Counted from the first letter of the whole stretch, positions 1-13,634 are shown. The stretch: 63,756 bases of DNA, filler included, from Octopus bimaculoides (GCF_001194135.2; 8 parts of 7 records of this genome joined end to end with filler, not necessarily neighbours in it), one strand, 5' to 3'. Numbers and translations are program-made. Notes: generated from the letters alone by a model not told the origin.

Positions 1-41
<41 letters not shown>

Positions 42-644
42 ATATGTATGTATATATACACACAAAATATAGTTCATAGGTGATCTAAACTATTACGTAC
101 GCTAGGTAAGTGCTGTATCGGATTACCTTTCTTTCTATTTATTTAATATTCTTTCTTTTTACTTAATAGTTACTTAATACTTTTACACTTAATAGCCACC
201 TCCGCTGCAATTCTGTTATTGAAAGTTGATATGTTCGCGTTTTTTTTCTGGATATTTACAATATCAGGTTTTTGCCCCACATGGATTTGTGCAGGATTGC
301 ACCTAAGGACTAATGGACTTATTTCTACAAGATCGGAACTTTGAACTGTGTACTTTTATGCTGCTTTTTCCTTCTCTTCATTCATTTCTTTATTCCTTTA
401 CTCCTGTCCTCTATGTCGTCATTTCATTAATTTATGCACATCTCATTATCCCTATTTTACTCTGATTACGCAATATCCCATACTCTGGGATATCCTAGAA
501 ACAGCTGTGAGACTTTGAACTTCTTCCACTAATAATAATGTATGTGGTTTGAGATCTGTGATTGCCTTAACGTTTTGTTATTCTCTTTAACAATTATACA
601 CACACACACATACACATACTCACATAGATATATATGTGTGTGTG

Positions 645-1107
645 TAGGTGTAGTTATGGTTGAATGGTAAGAAGCTTGCTTCACAACCACATGCTTACGG
701 TTTCAGTACCACTCCGTGGCACTTTGGGCTAGTGTGGACCAACACCTTGTGAGTGGATTTGGTAGAAGGAAAGTGAAAGAAAACCTGTTGTGTATATACA
801 CGACGGGCATTTTTTCACTTTCCTATGTGTGTGCGTGTGTGTGTGTGTGTATGCGTATGTGCGTGCGCGTGTTCGTGTGCGTGTCCGTGTGCGTGTGTGT
901 ATATCTGTGTATGTGTGCCTTGTGTTTGTCCCCCATCACCGCTGGATAACCCGTGTTGGTGTGTTTGCGTCAGCGTAACTTAGCGGTTCGGCAAAAGAGT
1001 GGGATAGAATAAGTACATGGCTTTAAAAACAATTAAGTCCTGACCTCGATTTGTTCGACTAAAACCCATCGAGGCGGTGCACCAGCATGGCCACAGTAAA
1101 ATGACAT
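645..1107 (+). mobile_element. SINE, family C here (tRNA-like head, internal microsatellite, tail ...GGCGGTGCACCAGCATGGCCACAG), truncated by gap
   Basis: Head GGTAAGAAGCTTGCTTCACAACCACATG, body CCTTGTGAGTGGATTTGGTAG, (TG)n tract and tail GTAACTTAGCGGTTCGGCAAAAGAG recur at 29000-29680, 47675-48015, 58412-58535 and 59255-59470. Confidence 0.8.
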
Positions 1108-1521
1108 NNNNNNNNNNNNNNNNNNNNNNNNNNNNNNNNNNNNNNNNNNNNNNNNNNNNNNNNNNNNNNNNNNNNNNNNNNNNNNNNNNNNNNNNNNNNN
1201 NNNNNNNNNNNNNNNNNNNNNNNNNNNNNNNNNNNNNNNNNNNNNNNNNNNNNNNNNNNNNNNNNNNNNNNNNNNNNNNNNNNNNNNNNNNNNNNNNNNN
1301 NNNNNNNNNNNNNNNNNNNNNNNNNNNNNNNNNNNNNNNNNNNNNNNNNNNNNNNNNNNNNNNNNNNNNNNNNNNNNNNNNNNNNNNNNNNNNNNNNNNN
1401 NNNNNNNNNNNNNNNNNNNNNNNNNNNNNNNNNNNNNNNNNNNNNNNNNNNNNNNNNNNNNNNNNNNNNNNNNNNNNNNNNNNNNNNATATATATAAGCA
1501 TTTAAGGAATGGAGAAAACTC

Positions 1522-1561
<40 letters not shown>

Positions 1562-4500
1562 AAATATATATTCATACATACGCACATACATGCATTTATA
1601 TAAGCATAGACTAATACAAACGCACATACGCGTAGAAGCAACATTCCGCATACACACTGTTTCTTTCTTATACACACACTTATGCAATTCCCAACATTCT
1701 TATCAATAAAGTAATGAAAAGAAAACATATTATTGCCCCAAGTGTTATTTTTATTTCTATTCTACTATTACTTCTAACACAAGTACAAATTGATATCGAC
1801 GCCGGCCGGACAATTTCAGAAATAAACTGTTTTGTAAATCTAAAACTCATACTAACGCGATTTGGAAATTCCGAAAATGGAAATATTTCCTGTTTTGCAA
1901 ACGTTACGGCCATTTAAGTTATTTCAACTTGTGAATATATTTTCCTCATTTGTCTATTTATTTTATTTATTCTATATTTATGCACACATCTTAATTATTA
2001 TTATTATTATCAACATCATCATCATCATTATCATCATTATTATTATTAACGTTATAATTGTGGTTGTTACACTGTTGTTATTATTGTTATAATGGTATTA
2101 TTATTTTTATTATTGTCATCGTTTTTATTATTATTATCATCATTCATTGTTATTGCCTGTCTGGAGATAGAGTATCTCACCATTTTATTTTATTGAATTC
2201 AAATCTGATACATCAATTTAACACTTTTTAATGTTAAGGTGATTGCAATGCGAAATAACAAATGCCGTAAAAATATATCGCTCTGTTATAAAAGATATGC
2301 ACGTGATAAACTATCTTCTTTCAAACATCTTAATATTTACATTAATATTTACATTAATATAATTTTGTATATATAATTCTGAATATATCTGACATGGTTT
2401 TCAAAGTCATGTGCAATATACCTACATTTCATATGGAATTTATACGCCAAATTTCACTGAGATAAAGTGATACATTCTAGAATTGACTTTAAATTAGACT
2501 AAATTAAATTAGGCCTTTGGTGTATTATGCACCGTCGAATTCAAATGACTTATATCGATTATTATAAAATCTGTTAGTGTATTTTTCTCATACATTTTAC
2601 TGGTTGTCTTCGTTATCTTCGACGCCAAACGATCTGATAATAGAATTTATTTTAGGGAAGTGTTGAACCTGGCTCTCCATTTGAAGCGCTTTTTAGTGTT
2701 ACAAAAACGACAGCATCAAGCAACAACAAAACATCTAAAGCAACGATGTATTACGACCTTTTAGATACCAGTTTCCGAGTGGTGCTGAAAGGTTCGGGGC
2801 TTTGGGTAAAAGAAAATACAAGTGCATCAATTAAGTATTATTATACTTATCATACACTCAAATTCACACACTTATTGCAGCGGTCCTTCAGTATTTGTAG
2901 GCTCTGTTAAAAAAAAAAAATGAGAAGCAAAATCAGAAGGTTTGTCCTCCACCCGGACCTTCGAGATAACCTTAAAGTGAGGAAATGTTCAATACTCCTT
3001 TGTATAAGTTGTTGCTTTCGATTGATAGAAGCTAAATTTCTTCAATGTTTATATCACTTGGAGATGTAATATATACTTCCTCTGCTGAAGAAAGGAATAG
3101 TTTTCAATATTTTTAAGGCAATGCTTTTTGTTGTACCAATAATAGAATCTATGAAGATGACTGAATGGCTTCGGTTTCAATATATCATGAATAAACATGA
3201 TATTTGTTCTAAAAGATCATAGTATAAACGATTTTGTCAGCGAAAACAATTGATAAGTCGTTAAGCTTGAAAAGCTGAAGTAGATCGATTTTTTTTATAA
3301 TGACAGAGACTCATTAAAGTCGTTTTACGCACAATATTATCTAAGGGATTAGTTTATAATGTTCCATAAAACTATACATTTGGTCATTAACCGCAATCAC
3401 ATACAAAATACCTCACTCATTCCTATTCCCCAACATGTATGTCATTTTGTGTATTGATGTGTCTGCATGAGATTGCCAATTTGTGCGTAAGCTCCCTCAT
3501 TTATTCCTTTTAAGGTGATTGTTTTGCAGTATGTTCTTACAAATATTTAGCAAGAATAAATTATTCTACAGTATAGTGCGATTTTCGTTGAAAATATTCT
3601 GGTCAAATGTAAAGATAAATGTGTCATTGTGTAGATATTTATGCAATGAAACGTTCCATCAAAGTGGCTATGTAAGTCAAAACCTATCAGGCATAACATA
3701 AATCAAATCTGAAGCAGATAAAAGGATTTTAACAACACTGCTCTTAGTGAAAGATGGGAATTCTTTATCCGATATAGGAATATTTTGTTCAAGCGCTTTA
3801 CTGAGAATTTGAAAAACCAGATCGTGATATCAAACACGAAAATAAAAGTAACTTCCATTAAAAGAGAAAAAAATGTTCAAATCTGAGATCAAAACAAATA
3901 CTTGCAGAATTCTAAATAAATAAGGAAATCTAAGATCAATTTTCCCAAAAAAGAAAGAAGCTAAGGCTATGAAAGAGCCAACGTAGTGAAATAAATACTA
4001 GAACAAGTTGCATTATTTATATTTCTCTCGGGATATAAACGAACATGTTACTTTAAAAATCCATGATATTTGGTTGGAATGTACGATTTAATGGATGTTT
4101 GTAATCGGAATAGCTTAATGTTTTAGAGGATACAAAAGTCAAAAGGAAACATCGATTGTATCGCTATGTTCATATGTGGCCTTGTCAACTATTTCAAACA
4201 CTTAAAATGTTTAAGCCGAAAATACAAACTACCTGCTCATGTTATAATAAATGTACGGCATCTAATTATAATATGTATCCATTCATTGTTGATTGCTGTA
4301 AAAATAGAGCACGTTTTCACTCTTTATTCAATTGCAAATCTATCCACCACCACCCCAACTGTAGATTTCAGTGATATAACCCAAGCTAATATGTTTATCG
4401 CTAAGGTTCAATAGATACAAACATCAAATGATCTAAAAATCTAAATTTAAGTAAACGCTATGTCACACATTATCTGTCTCACCTGGCAACGTTGACGTAT

Positions 4501-6035
4501 ATGTTCGAATAATGAAAGGAAACAATAATACATATGTATCGATACATTAAATTCTATGTACTTGACTATATAGTTCGGAGAAAACTGTATCATCATATAG
4601 TTGTTATGCAGCGTTAACATGAAACATCACATGAAGAAGGTTGCCCCTTAAAATAACTAATTATTCTCGTCTAGAGTGATACTATACATGATATAACTCG
4701 CGTGGCTTTGCCATAGGCAGAGTAAAACAGATTCAATTCCGACAAAATATGCACAAAATTATCCATCGTACTTTGCTAAAATAATATAGTATGGATGGAG
4801 GGATATTAGGCTGTTACTGTCAGAAGGTCAAGTAGCATATAAAGAACTCATCGCATGTTCTTAGCATTACGTTTTCAAAGTCTGACCGATTGGTAACAAT
4901 TCACTATACGTTAGGCCGCCAGTAAAATAAATATCAATGGTTGTATACATGAAATGCACATTGTTCAATTCGGTTTGATAGTAGCATATAACTAAGCCGC
5001 AACTGTTCAGCAGAAAAAAATAAAGCAACGACACTTATATAATAGAAAATATTCTATGAATATTTATTAATAAAATAGAAATATTGTGTTATGCAGAAAC
5101 AAGAGGTATTTCGTTAATCATTCTTGCCAAGAAATTATTAACTATATTTTTACAATTTGTGTTAAATGTTATATTACTGAACGGCAATTTAAAGTTATTT
5201 TTAGTGATCTTCGCCTGTGATCACAACATTGTTGCTTTTCGAAGAAATTCCAATAATGTAATAAAAATCCTTGCCTCTTAGCCATACACATCTTAATAGT
5301 TAAGACTCTGTCGGTGGATTTTGTTTTCAAGCCTGTACTGTATTCAGCAATATTTGGTTTTAAAAATATTAAAATTATCGACTGAGATAAAAAAAAAGCA
5401 ATATCTTTATTTTTAAAATTATAATTATTGTGTTTGCAGCATGATAATTATAATTTAATACACCTCCAGTTTAACGTTCACTTTCTCATGTTTCAGCAAT
5501 ATCGCCATTTTAGAGTGCAGCGAATTGTTTTGAAATTTCCATCAGTTTTGCCATGTTATAGTCTTTGTTAGTTTTAATAGTTTGCATAGTTGTCGAGTGA
5601 AACATGTGATGTGCCATATTGAGTTACTATGGTACCCTGTGGCGATTATGCTGGGTATATGCGGATTTAATAGTAATGAGTCGATTTTTTTTTTACAAAT
5701 TGTTATTTTGAGAGAATAGTATTCATGATAGAAATGACACAACAGTTTCTTTACAATAACCGATATAAATGAAATAATAGTGTTTCACAATCGTGCTACG
5801 AAACATACATCTTGGCTTTTTCCAAACTAATTTTATTGTTTTATTGGTTGTTGATTTTATTAAAGGTCATAGTTTATCTTCATAGTTTTCCTTTGTCTAT
5901 TTCCACCCTCATTTGATTTCTCATGTATTGGACCGCTACGGGATTCTTTTCTCATCGTTTTATCTTCACATTCTGTGACCTCCCACTTTTATCTTAGCTT
6001 TAATTTGTTTAATAGAATATTTCCTTCTCTCTCTC

Positions 6036-6072
<37 letters not shown>

Positions 6073-6836
6073 NNNNNNNNNNGCTATTTTGTATTTCTTC
6101 AGAGAATTCTTTGCCTTTAATTCATATATTATTCTTTTAGTAAATAAAAGTGTAGACACAAAGTCGATATTTTATAAAAGTTTCTATTTACAAAAAGACA
6201 TCGTCTCAAAGAGTTCATGGTTAATTTGATGTCTCAATTTCGAGTGGTATATTACAAAATACATTCCCACTTTCTTTGCCTTAATGTATTGTTTGGATAA
6301 TACACACACACAGGCACGCACACACACGCACACATATACACACTCACACAAACATACACACACACACATCTATATACATATAATTCGGATATAGATAGCA
6401 TATTTATCATATAGTGGTTAATAAACCACGAGAAGTCATTGCCTGGCAAAAAGACCAATGTTATTCGGACACCATGGTTGCGATAGTAATTGGTACAAAT
6501 TTATTAAGAACACAAAGAATCCAGCAGTCTCAGAAGCAATATCAGCATACAAAGAATATTAGAGTCAAGAGGAGGTGCATCAAAATGATTTGAAAAAATG
6601 ATGAGTTTTAAGTGAATTCATTAATTCAGGCAAAGTGTTAACAAAAAAAACTAAATTATTTTGTAGATGTTTGCAACGTTGAAGAAATCATTTCTTTTAC
6701 AGAAAGAAAGTAGTAATAAGATACTGCTACTGATTTTCTATAATAAAATTAGATTTCTGCGAGAGCGAGGGAGAGAGAGAGAGAGTATTCATCGAATTAA
6801 AGTTTAAGAGGCTGAGAATTCCTCTGACACGTGTAC

Positions 6837-6939
6837 CTCTTCAGATGGCTCTCATATGGTATGAATGTGCTGGACCTACTGGATTACCAATAGACTTCAG
6901 ACGGCGGTCGTCGACATACTTTCCATCTGCCGAATTCAT
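6837..6939 (-). CDS. Possible host exon, perhaps terminal coding (NSADGKYVDDRRLKSIGNPVGPAHSYHMRAI*); product unknown
   Basis: Minus-strand acceptor TATATCTTGCAG| before 6939; GC-richer island; no TE similarity seen; no homology recognised. Confidence 0.2.
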
Positions 6940-7110
6940 CTGCAAGATATAAATCGTTTCGAGGCTAAAGTTAATGTTATGCACCCGAAGAGCCAGCTGG
7001 TAGGGTGCAATTCAGGAACTACTTGATTATTCGACCACACTAAGGCCACATACATGCAGTCATATACATGTAACTGACAACACAGACAAACATACACAAA
7101 CACATACACA

Positions 7111-7152
<42 letters not shown>

Positions 7153-7300
7153 TCTGAAAATAGGAAGGCAAACATAACAACACCAGGTCAAATAACACAA
7201 CGAAAACACAAACTTCAAATCAACAACAACAAAAATAGTAGCCATAAACAGAAAAAAATTCATTTTTTAAAGTCAGGACAACAAACACCGGAGAAAGAAA

Positions 7301-7400
7301 NNNNNNNNNNNNNNNNNNNNNNNNNNNNNNNNNNNNNNNNNNNNTTAATTAATTAANNNNNNNNNNNNNNNNNNNNNNNNNNNNNNNNNNNNNNNNNNNN
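7301..7400. other. Artificial scaffold linker (44 N + TTAATTAATTAA + 44 N), 1 of 7
   Basis: Identical layout with the 12-mer at 7345, 26323, 31545, 51620, 54001, 59860 and 62116; the 12-mer has stops in all six frames. Confidence 0.95.
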
Positions 7401-7486
<86 letters not shown>

Positions 7487-7544
7487 AATCTACCATTTCT
7501 GTCACTCAACTAATAGTCATATGATTGCTAACGTGTTACCACTT

Positions 7545-7886
7545 TATCATCATCATCAGCATCATCAGCATCATCATCAGCATCATCAGCATCATCATCA
7601 GCATCATCATCAGCATCATCATCAGCATCATCATCATCGTTATTATTATTATTATTATCATCATTATTATTGAGCAGATCAAAAGGTCGGTTACTTCGCA
7701 GTCTTAATTATATATGATTAACTATTATAAACAACGAAGGTACTATGCATACACATACATACATACATACATACATACATGCATGCATGCATACAGACAA
7801 ACAGACAGACAGACAGACAGATAGATAGATAGATGGATAGATGGATAGATAGATAGATAGATAGGTAGGTAGGTAGGTAGGTAGAT
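7545..7886. repeat. Compound microsatellites: (CATCAG/CAT/ATT)n, then a CATA-GACA-GATA-GGTA tetranucleotide series
   Basis: Read directly; representative of dozens of TA, CA, GA, GATA and trinucleotide tracts in the window. Confidence 0.95.
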
Positions 7887-8245
7887 ATGCCTGTATGTAT
7901 GACCGTATATGCATACACAAACATACATACATGTCAATGTGTGTGTGTGCGTGCCTGTGTGTATCAGTGTGCCTGTGTGTGTGTGTGTGTGTGTGTTTGT
8001 GCCTAAATACGGTTGCCAACCGCCACCACAATACGTGCACTGCACCACCCGAGAGGGAAGAGGGGGAAGGAGAGAGAGGGAGAGAGAGAGAGGGAGAGAG
8101 AGAGAGAGGGAGAGAAATGGACGTAGTGGAAAGTGGTAAATGTCGGTGGGAGCATAGGTACAGGCACACTGACAGTTGTTCTGACATGGAGAGAAACGAA
8201 GGGGAAGAAAAATACTGGGAGGAGTTGAATGAATTTAAGCAGCGT

Positions 8246-8287
8246 GAAGAAGAAGAAGAAGAAGAAGAAGAAGAAGAAGAAGAAGAA
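8246..8287. repeat. (GAA)n microsatellite
   Basis: Perfect GAA run; source of the poly-E and poly-F stretches in ORFs 7895..8344 and 8003..8530. Confidence 0.95.
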
Positions 8288-8990
8288 ATGCACGTAATAC
8301 TGTGGGGGGTAGTAGTGAAGTATAATAGAATGGGGGAGAGCTAGAGTAGGTAACGTAACTTCAGAGGAAAACCCGGAGTGTGATACGGGTATGTGAACAA
8401 GTGAGAGAGAGAGAGAGATAGGGGTGGGGAGAGAGGGGACGGAGAGAGAGAGAGAGAAAGAGAGAGGGAGTAATACTAAGAAATCAAAAAAGAAAAGATT
8501 AGTTGACGTTACGATATCTCGGCTAATCAATGCAAAAATATAAATGAATAAAGCAAAAAAGAAAACGAATCCATTTGAATTAGTCTGGGAGGAGAAATTG
8601 TAGTTTATTATTAAGCAAGAGTTATTTATTAAGCAAATAGTTTGTATTATATTTAACAGCTCGTTAAATAACTAACAGTTACATACTATCTAGAGAGTTA
8701 ACAACAGGCTAAACACTTAATAACTATACATTCAAAGCGTTTCACGACAATACGACATTAATTTCCATTGCGCGCCATTAAATGAGGAAACAGACGACGG
8801 TGTGTGCGCCGGTGGCAAGGGTTGTATAAATATAGAAATCATAAACTTTAGAAAATGTTTGGGTAAGAAAAGGAGACTACTACTACTGCTACTACTGCTG
8901 CTGCTGCTGCTGCTACTACTGCTATCACAACCACGAGTTACACTACACTGTCACTACAACCTACACAACCCTACCAAGAGATTGATAAAT

Positions 8991-9026
<36 letters not shown>

Positions 9027-9989
9027 TAAGAGAGAGAGAGAGAGANNNNNNNNNNGGGGGAGAGAGAGAACGTAGTCATTAATACTTCATAATATTGGAA
9101 CAATATTGGATGACCACAGCTGGAGCGTCTTTGAATACGCACTACGGTTCCAGCTGCTCGCCATCTTTAACTGAGCATTAAAAAGTAAATATGACTTGTG
9201 CTGTACCACATCTCTGTATTTGGCCATGCGTAAAGTCACTAAAAACAAAGCAATGATGAAATCAATGAGATTTAGAATTTTTTGTAGATCGAACAATATA
9301 CTGGCTCGACCGGAGTGACCGTCACAGTCTCATCTTCAGGAGTGATGTTTGTAATAGGCAGGGAGAAACGATTGGTGTAGGATTAGAGTTTCTCAAACTT
9401 TGATTCCTCACACTTATAACAAAGCTTTGTTCCCGTCCACCAACTCCCCAATAAACAAATTAATTTAATATCAAATTGTAAGACATGACTAGTACTTTAT
9501 ACAAGTCAAACGAGAAAATTTATTACAAATGTATTCCTTTGTGAAAATATAGTTCTACGCGTCGTTGACGACGCCAAAAGGATTTGGATCTTTCTGGTCA
9601 GAGCCAGATTGTTCGTCTATATACAAGTTATAAACGGATCGTATGTATAAGACACATCTCTGGTGACCATCACACTCAATCAGCCATTCCATTAGGTGGG
9701 GTAACTACTCTACATGATTCATCCGTAGATGTTCTTCTGTTATAAAGGGATTTACAAATACAAACTAGTAAAATCGTCTCCTATGAACCCCTCAGTTTTT
9801 ACTCTCCTTTATGTAAATTATATTACCCACCCACCTACCTCTTAGAAGTCCACTTGGACCACTTTGAGAAACCCGGATGGAGACATTACCGCCGGGGTTG
9901 AACTCTGGCCGTGAGACTGATGCATCATGATCCAGGTGTTATTTTCGTTTGTGACTCGTCTGTGTTATCAGTGTCTTATTTAACCAACG

Positions 9990-10028
9990 ATCCTGAAGAG
10001 GAGTCTGTGAAGGTCCGGAAACGTCGAT
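9990..10028 (+). ncRNA. Degenerate minimal hammerhead ribozyme motif (PLE type)
   Basis: ATC-CTGAAGA-GGAGTCTGTGAAGGTCC-G-GAAA-CG-TC-GAT: 3-bp stem I, GGA/TCC stem II, GAAACGTC palindrome; extra G before GAAA. Confidence 0.4.
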
Positions 10029-10270
10029 AACAGATTTAAGATTGCTCACGTCTTAAACAAACTGCAATGAACTCGTACGAAAATAGGAAGAAAAACTGAT
10101 TAAAAAAAAACAATTAAAACAGTTTTCAACGCGGCATGTCTNNNNNNNNNNNNNNNNNNNNNNNNNNNNNNNNNNNNNNNNNNNNNNNNNNNNNNNNNNN
10201 NNNNNNNNNNNNNNNNNNNNNNNNNNNNNNNNNNNNNNNNNNNNNNNNNNNNNNNNNNNNNNNNNNNNNA

Positions 10271-10319
<49 letters not shown>

Positions 10320-10370
10320 CTATTCACCTCCGACAATAGAGAGCAGTCACCTTATTTCAGGCCATATCAC

Positions 10371-10460
10371 CTACCTCTGATGAGCGTACGGTTACATAAT
10401 TAGATTGTTACCTAACACTCTGTTGAATGCCTAGCGCGAAACTGCTTGGTAAGATCAGGG
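10371..10460 (+). ncRNA. Type I hammerhead-like motif, core intact but stem I decayed
   Basis: CTGATGA (10377-10383), stem II GCG/CGC, GAAA (10438-10441), CT-GCTT-GG, TA; only about 2-3 bp of stem I remain. Confidence 0.45.
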
Positions 10461-11102
10461 ATGCACTTCCACGCTTGATGGTTAAAAGATGTTGCCGAAG
10501 GGATATGATACGACATTCAATGCAACTTTGGATCGATATTAAGTCTCTGTCGCCTTGTTTTCGCTTTAGGTAGAGGCGGTTTACGTACTGTCGATGTGAA
10601 AATTATGTGCGCTTGTTAGAATCTTCTGGATTTTCACATCAATGGCTCAGACCTCATCAAGCGTCCAATCAAGCAACCCAAGCGTTGGTAAGAGTACTGG
10701 CACTGCAAACACATTGGAGGCCATAGTTTTATTTAATGTAGAAAGTTCCGAGGTCCATATTTTCTTTATTCGTCTGTATTATTCTTTAGTGACGTATGTA
10801 TGTATGTATTTGTGATGTAAATATATGTACATATATATATATATATATATATANNNNNNNNNNNNNNNNNNNNNNNNNNNNNNNNNNNNNNNNNNNNNNN
10901 NNNNNNNNNNNNNNNNNNNNNNNNNNNNNNNNNNNNNNNNNNNNNNNNNNNNNNNNNNNNNNNNNNNNNNNNNNNNNNNNNNNNNNNNNNNNNNATGTAT
11001 ATATATTTTATATATATATATGTATATATATTTTATATATATGTACACGTACATGATATACACACACATGTATATACATAAATGTGTGTGTGTGTGTGTG
11101 TG

Positions 11103-11133
<31 letters not shown>

Positions 11134-11530
11134 GTACATACATGCCTGTATTCACGCATTACACTTTCTACGAGAGTTATAATTAAGCAGAAGCAGTTAT
11201 TCGGTAATTATCTCCAAATGGCCTGGAGAGATGGAGACCACAAAACAATAATGGAATATTGGGCCTAGAGGGATTTAAGAGAATTTATTGTTGCTAACCT
11301 GACAGAACTGAACTCCCAAAACACAGTCTCCGACAAGGACAATGGCTCTTTTTACAACTTCCTAATTACTTGCTAGACTGGCCATATAATTAGTCTTGTT
11401 GATAATAGAGCCAGATGCAGGCAGCGCCGTTTTTGTCCGAATCGGTAGTGGGGCCCCTTCGCACTCTGAGTTCATACTCCGCCGGGTTTCATGTTTCTTC
11501 TCTCTCTCTCTCTCTCTCTCNNNNNNNNNN

Positions 11531-11587
<57 letters not shown>

Positions 11588-12529
11588 CTGTCTTTCTTCC
11601 CATCTATCTATATGTCTTTCCCCGGGAGTCTATAAAAAATCACTTTTCGTTGCTGCTTAGTTCCAAGTCATCTCCAGGAGGGCAGACCTCTCATCAAATG
11701 CACCCCAACAGTGACCATCACAACTTATTTTTATGAATCTTTTACCTTTACCCACATTATCCAATGTGTACTTTGAAAAGGTTGTCTGCTTTGAGGCAGA
11801 TTTGGTTGTTATCTCGAGCTGTTCGTCCTTCATGTAGAAGTTCCCACACTGAACTCAAAAACAGCATCAGTCACCTGCTGGAGGTGATCTAAGCGATTAG
11901 AACACATCCTCTCCCTCCACGCCTCGCTCGCCAAAACAAGGAGTCGCTCGTACAATATTCTATTCGTGAGTGACACTTGCAACAATTTAATGAGTGACGC
12001 TTGCTGAGGTTCCGCACATGAGTGTAGCTGTGTTCCACTCATGAGCAACACTTACGACGAAGTCTTCGGCCGCATGGGGGTGGGGGAATTGGCAACTATA
12101 ATTTGCGATAAAAATTTGCAGTTTCATTTTGATTAAAATACCAGGATCTGAAGGGCAAAAGCGTCTCACTGCCGTTCATTTTAATTTAGCACCTCTGTCC
12201 ATCACTCACTCCCACTTTGTTGTTTAGTCTCCTCCCTCTGCCAGCGTGAAAGGAGAATGAAATACATGACGTTTTTTTTTGGGGGGGGGGCGGTATGTGA
12301 TAATATTATATGATAATATCTCCGACTGATATTTGCCAAAGTAATGAGATTGTGACGTCAAAATACACAACACAATAAGCTATGACGTCACATAATACGG
12401 TTTTAAAACATCTATGGGTGTGTGGGCGAACGTGTACGTTTCGTGTGTGTGTGTGTNNNNNNNNNNNNNNNNNNNNNNNNNNNNNNNNNNNNNNNNNNNN
12501 NNNNNNNNNNNNNNNNNNNNNNNNNNNNN

Positions 12530-12568
<39 letters not shown>

Positions 12569-12571
<3 letters not shown>

Positions 12572-13264
12572 CGTGTCCCAAACGTCACTGATGGATTCCA
12601 ATTTCTAATAACTCCCTTAACTTTACAAATAAATGCATGACATTTTGATTCGATATAAAGAACATAGTGGAAATTAATAGGCACAAGTCAAATTTTGTAA
12701 TAGCACTACATCACATATGAAAAATGACATCTCTTAAATGGCAACCATTTTCGGCTTCGCACGCCCATGCTCTTTCCAAAACTTGCACCATAACACCCTC
12801 AAAAGTCTCAGATCCTACTTCTCTGATTTCTCTATTGACGTAAACTCTCTCTTTCAGGTATCGCCACAAGAAAAACTGCAGGCTAGTCAAACCTGGAGAA
12901 CGTGAAGGCCACTTGACGTTGTCGTATTGAGAGATAAAGAACTGCCGTAGCAACTGCATTGTTTCTCTTGCGGTCTGAGCAGTTGCCCCATCTTGCTGGA
13001 ACCATGTGTGAGGTCTACTTTGAATGGCCTTTACGTTCCCTAGACTTGACTAGCCTGGTTTCTTTTGGGGTTTTTTTTTTTGGTGGGGGGATACCTGAAA
13101 GAGAGGGTTTACGGAGACCCTGGTACAACTGGAGGAGAATATCAATAGAGAAATCAGCGAAGTGGGGTCTGAAACTCTTGAGGGTGTTATGGTGCAAGTT
13201 TTGGAAAGAGCAAATTATGGAAGTTATTAAAAATTGAGACCCATCAGTGACTTTTGGGACACCT

Positions 13265-13266
<2 letters not shown>
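12569..13266. mobile_element. Tc1/mariner-derived foldback element: two inverted transposase 3' ends within TIRs
   Basis: TIRs CAGCGTGTCCCAAACGTCACTGATGG and CCATCAGTGACTTTTGGGACACCTTG plus TA. Minus strand reads TWFQQDGATA...WPSRSPGLT...FFLWRYLKERVY; plus strand 13020-13210 reads WPLRSLDLTSL...YLKERVY. Confidence 0.85.
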
Positions 13267-13303
<37 letters not shown>

Positions 13304-13593
13304 GCATGCATATATATATATATATATATCACATATGTATATTATAATGTGTATCACAGAGGGAAAGTAAACCGACGGAGTGGGAGTGAGTGACAGTCAG
13401 ATATGCTAAATGCAGATGAACCTGAGTGGGAGGCTTTTAATCTGTACTACCTGGTATTTTAATCAAAATGAAATTGCAAATTTCTGTTATGAATTATATC
13501 AATTTCACACGCATATATATATGTGTTTGTGTGTGTGTATCCTGTTTTTTTCTTTTTCTTTCTTTCTCCGTCTCTGTTTTTCATTCGAACGAT

Positions 13594-13634
<41 letters not shown>

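Noticed and set aside
1714-1917. 67-aa ORF with a signal-peptide-like N-terminus
   Set aside because: The hydrophobic stretch derives from TTA/CTA-rich low complexity; no homology, splice or promoter support.
8770-8850. TATAAATA with upstream GC-rich and homeodomain-like sites as a promoter
   Set aside because: No downstream gene evidence; such motifs are common by chance in AT-rich DNA.
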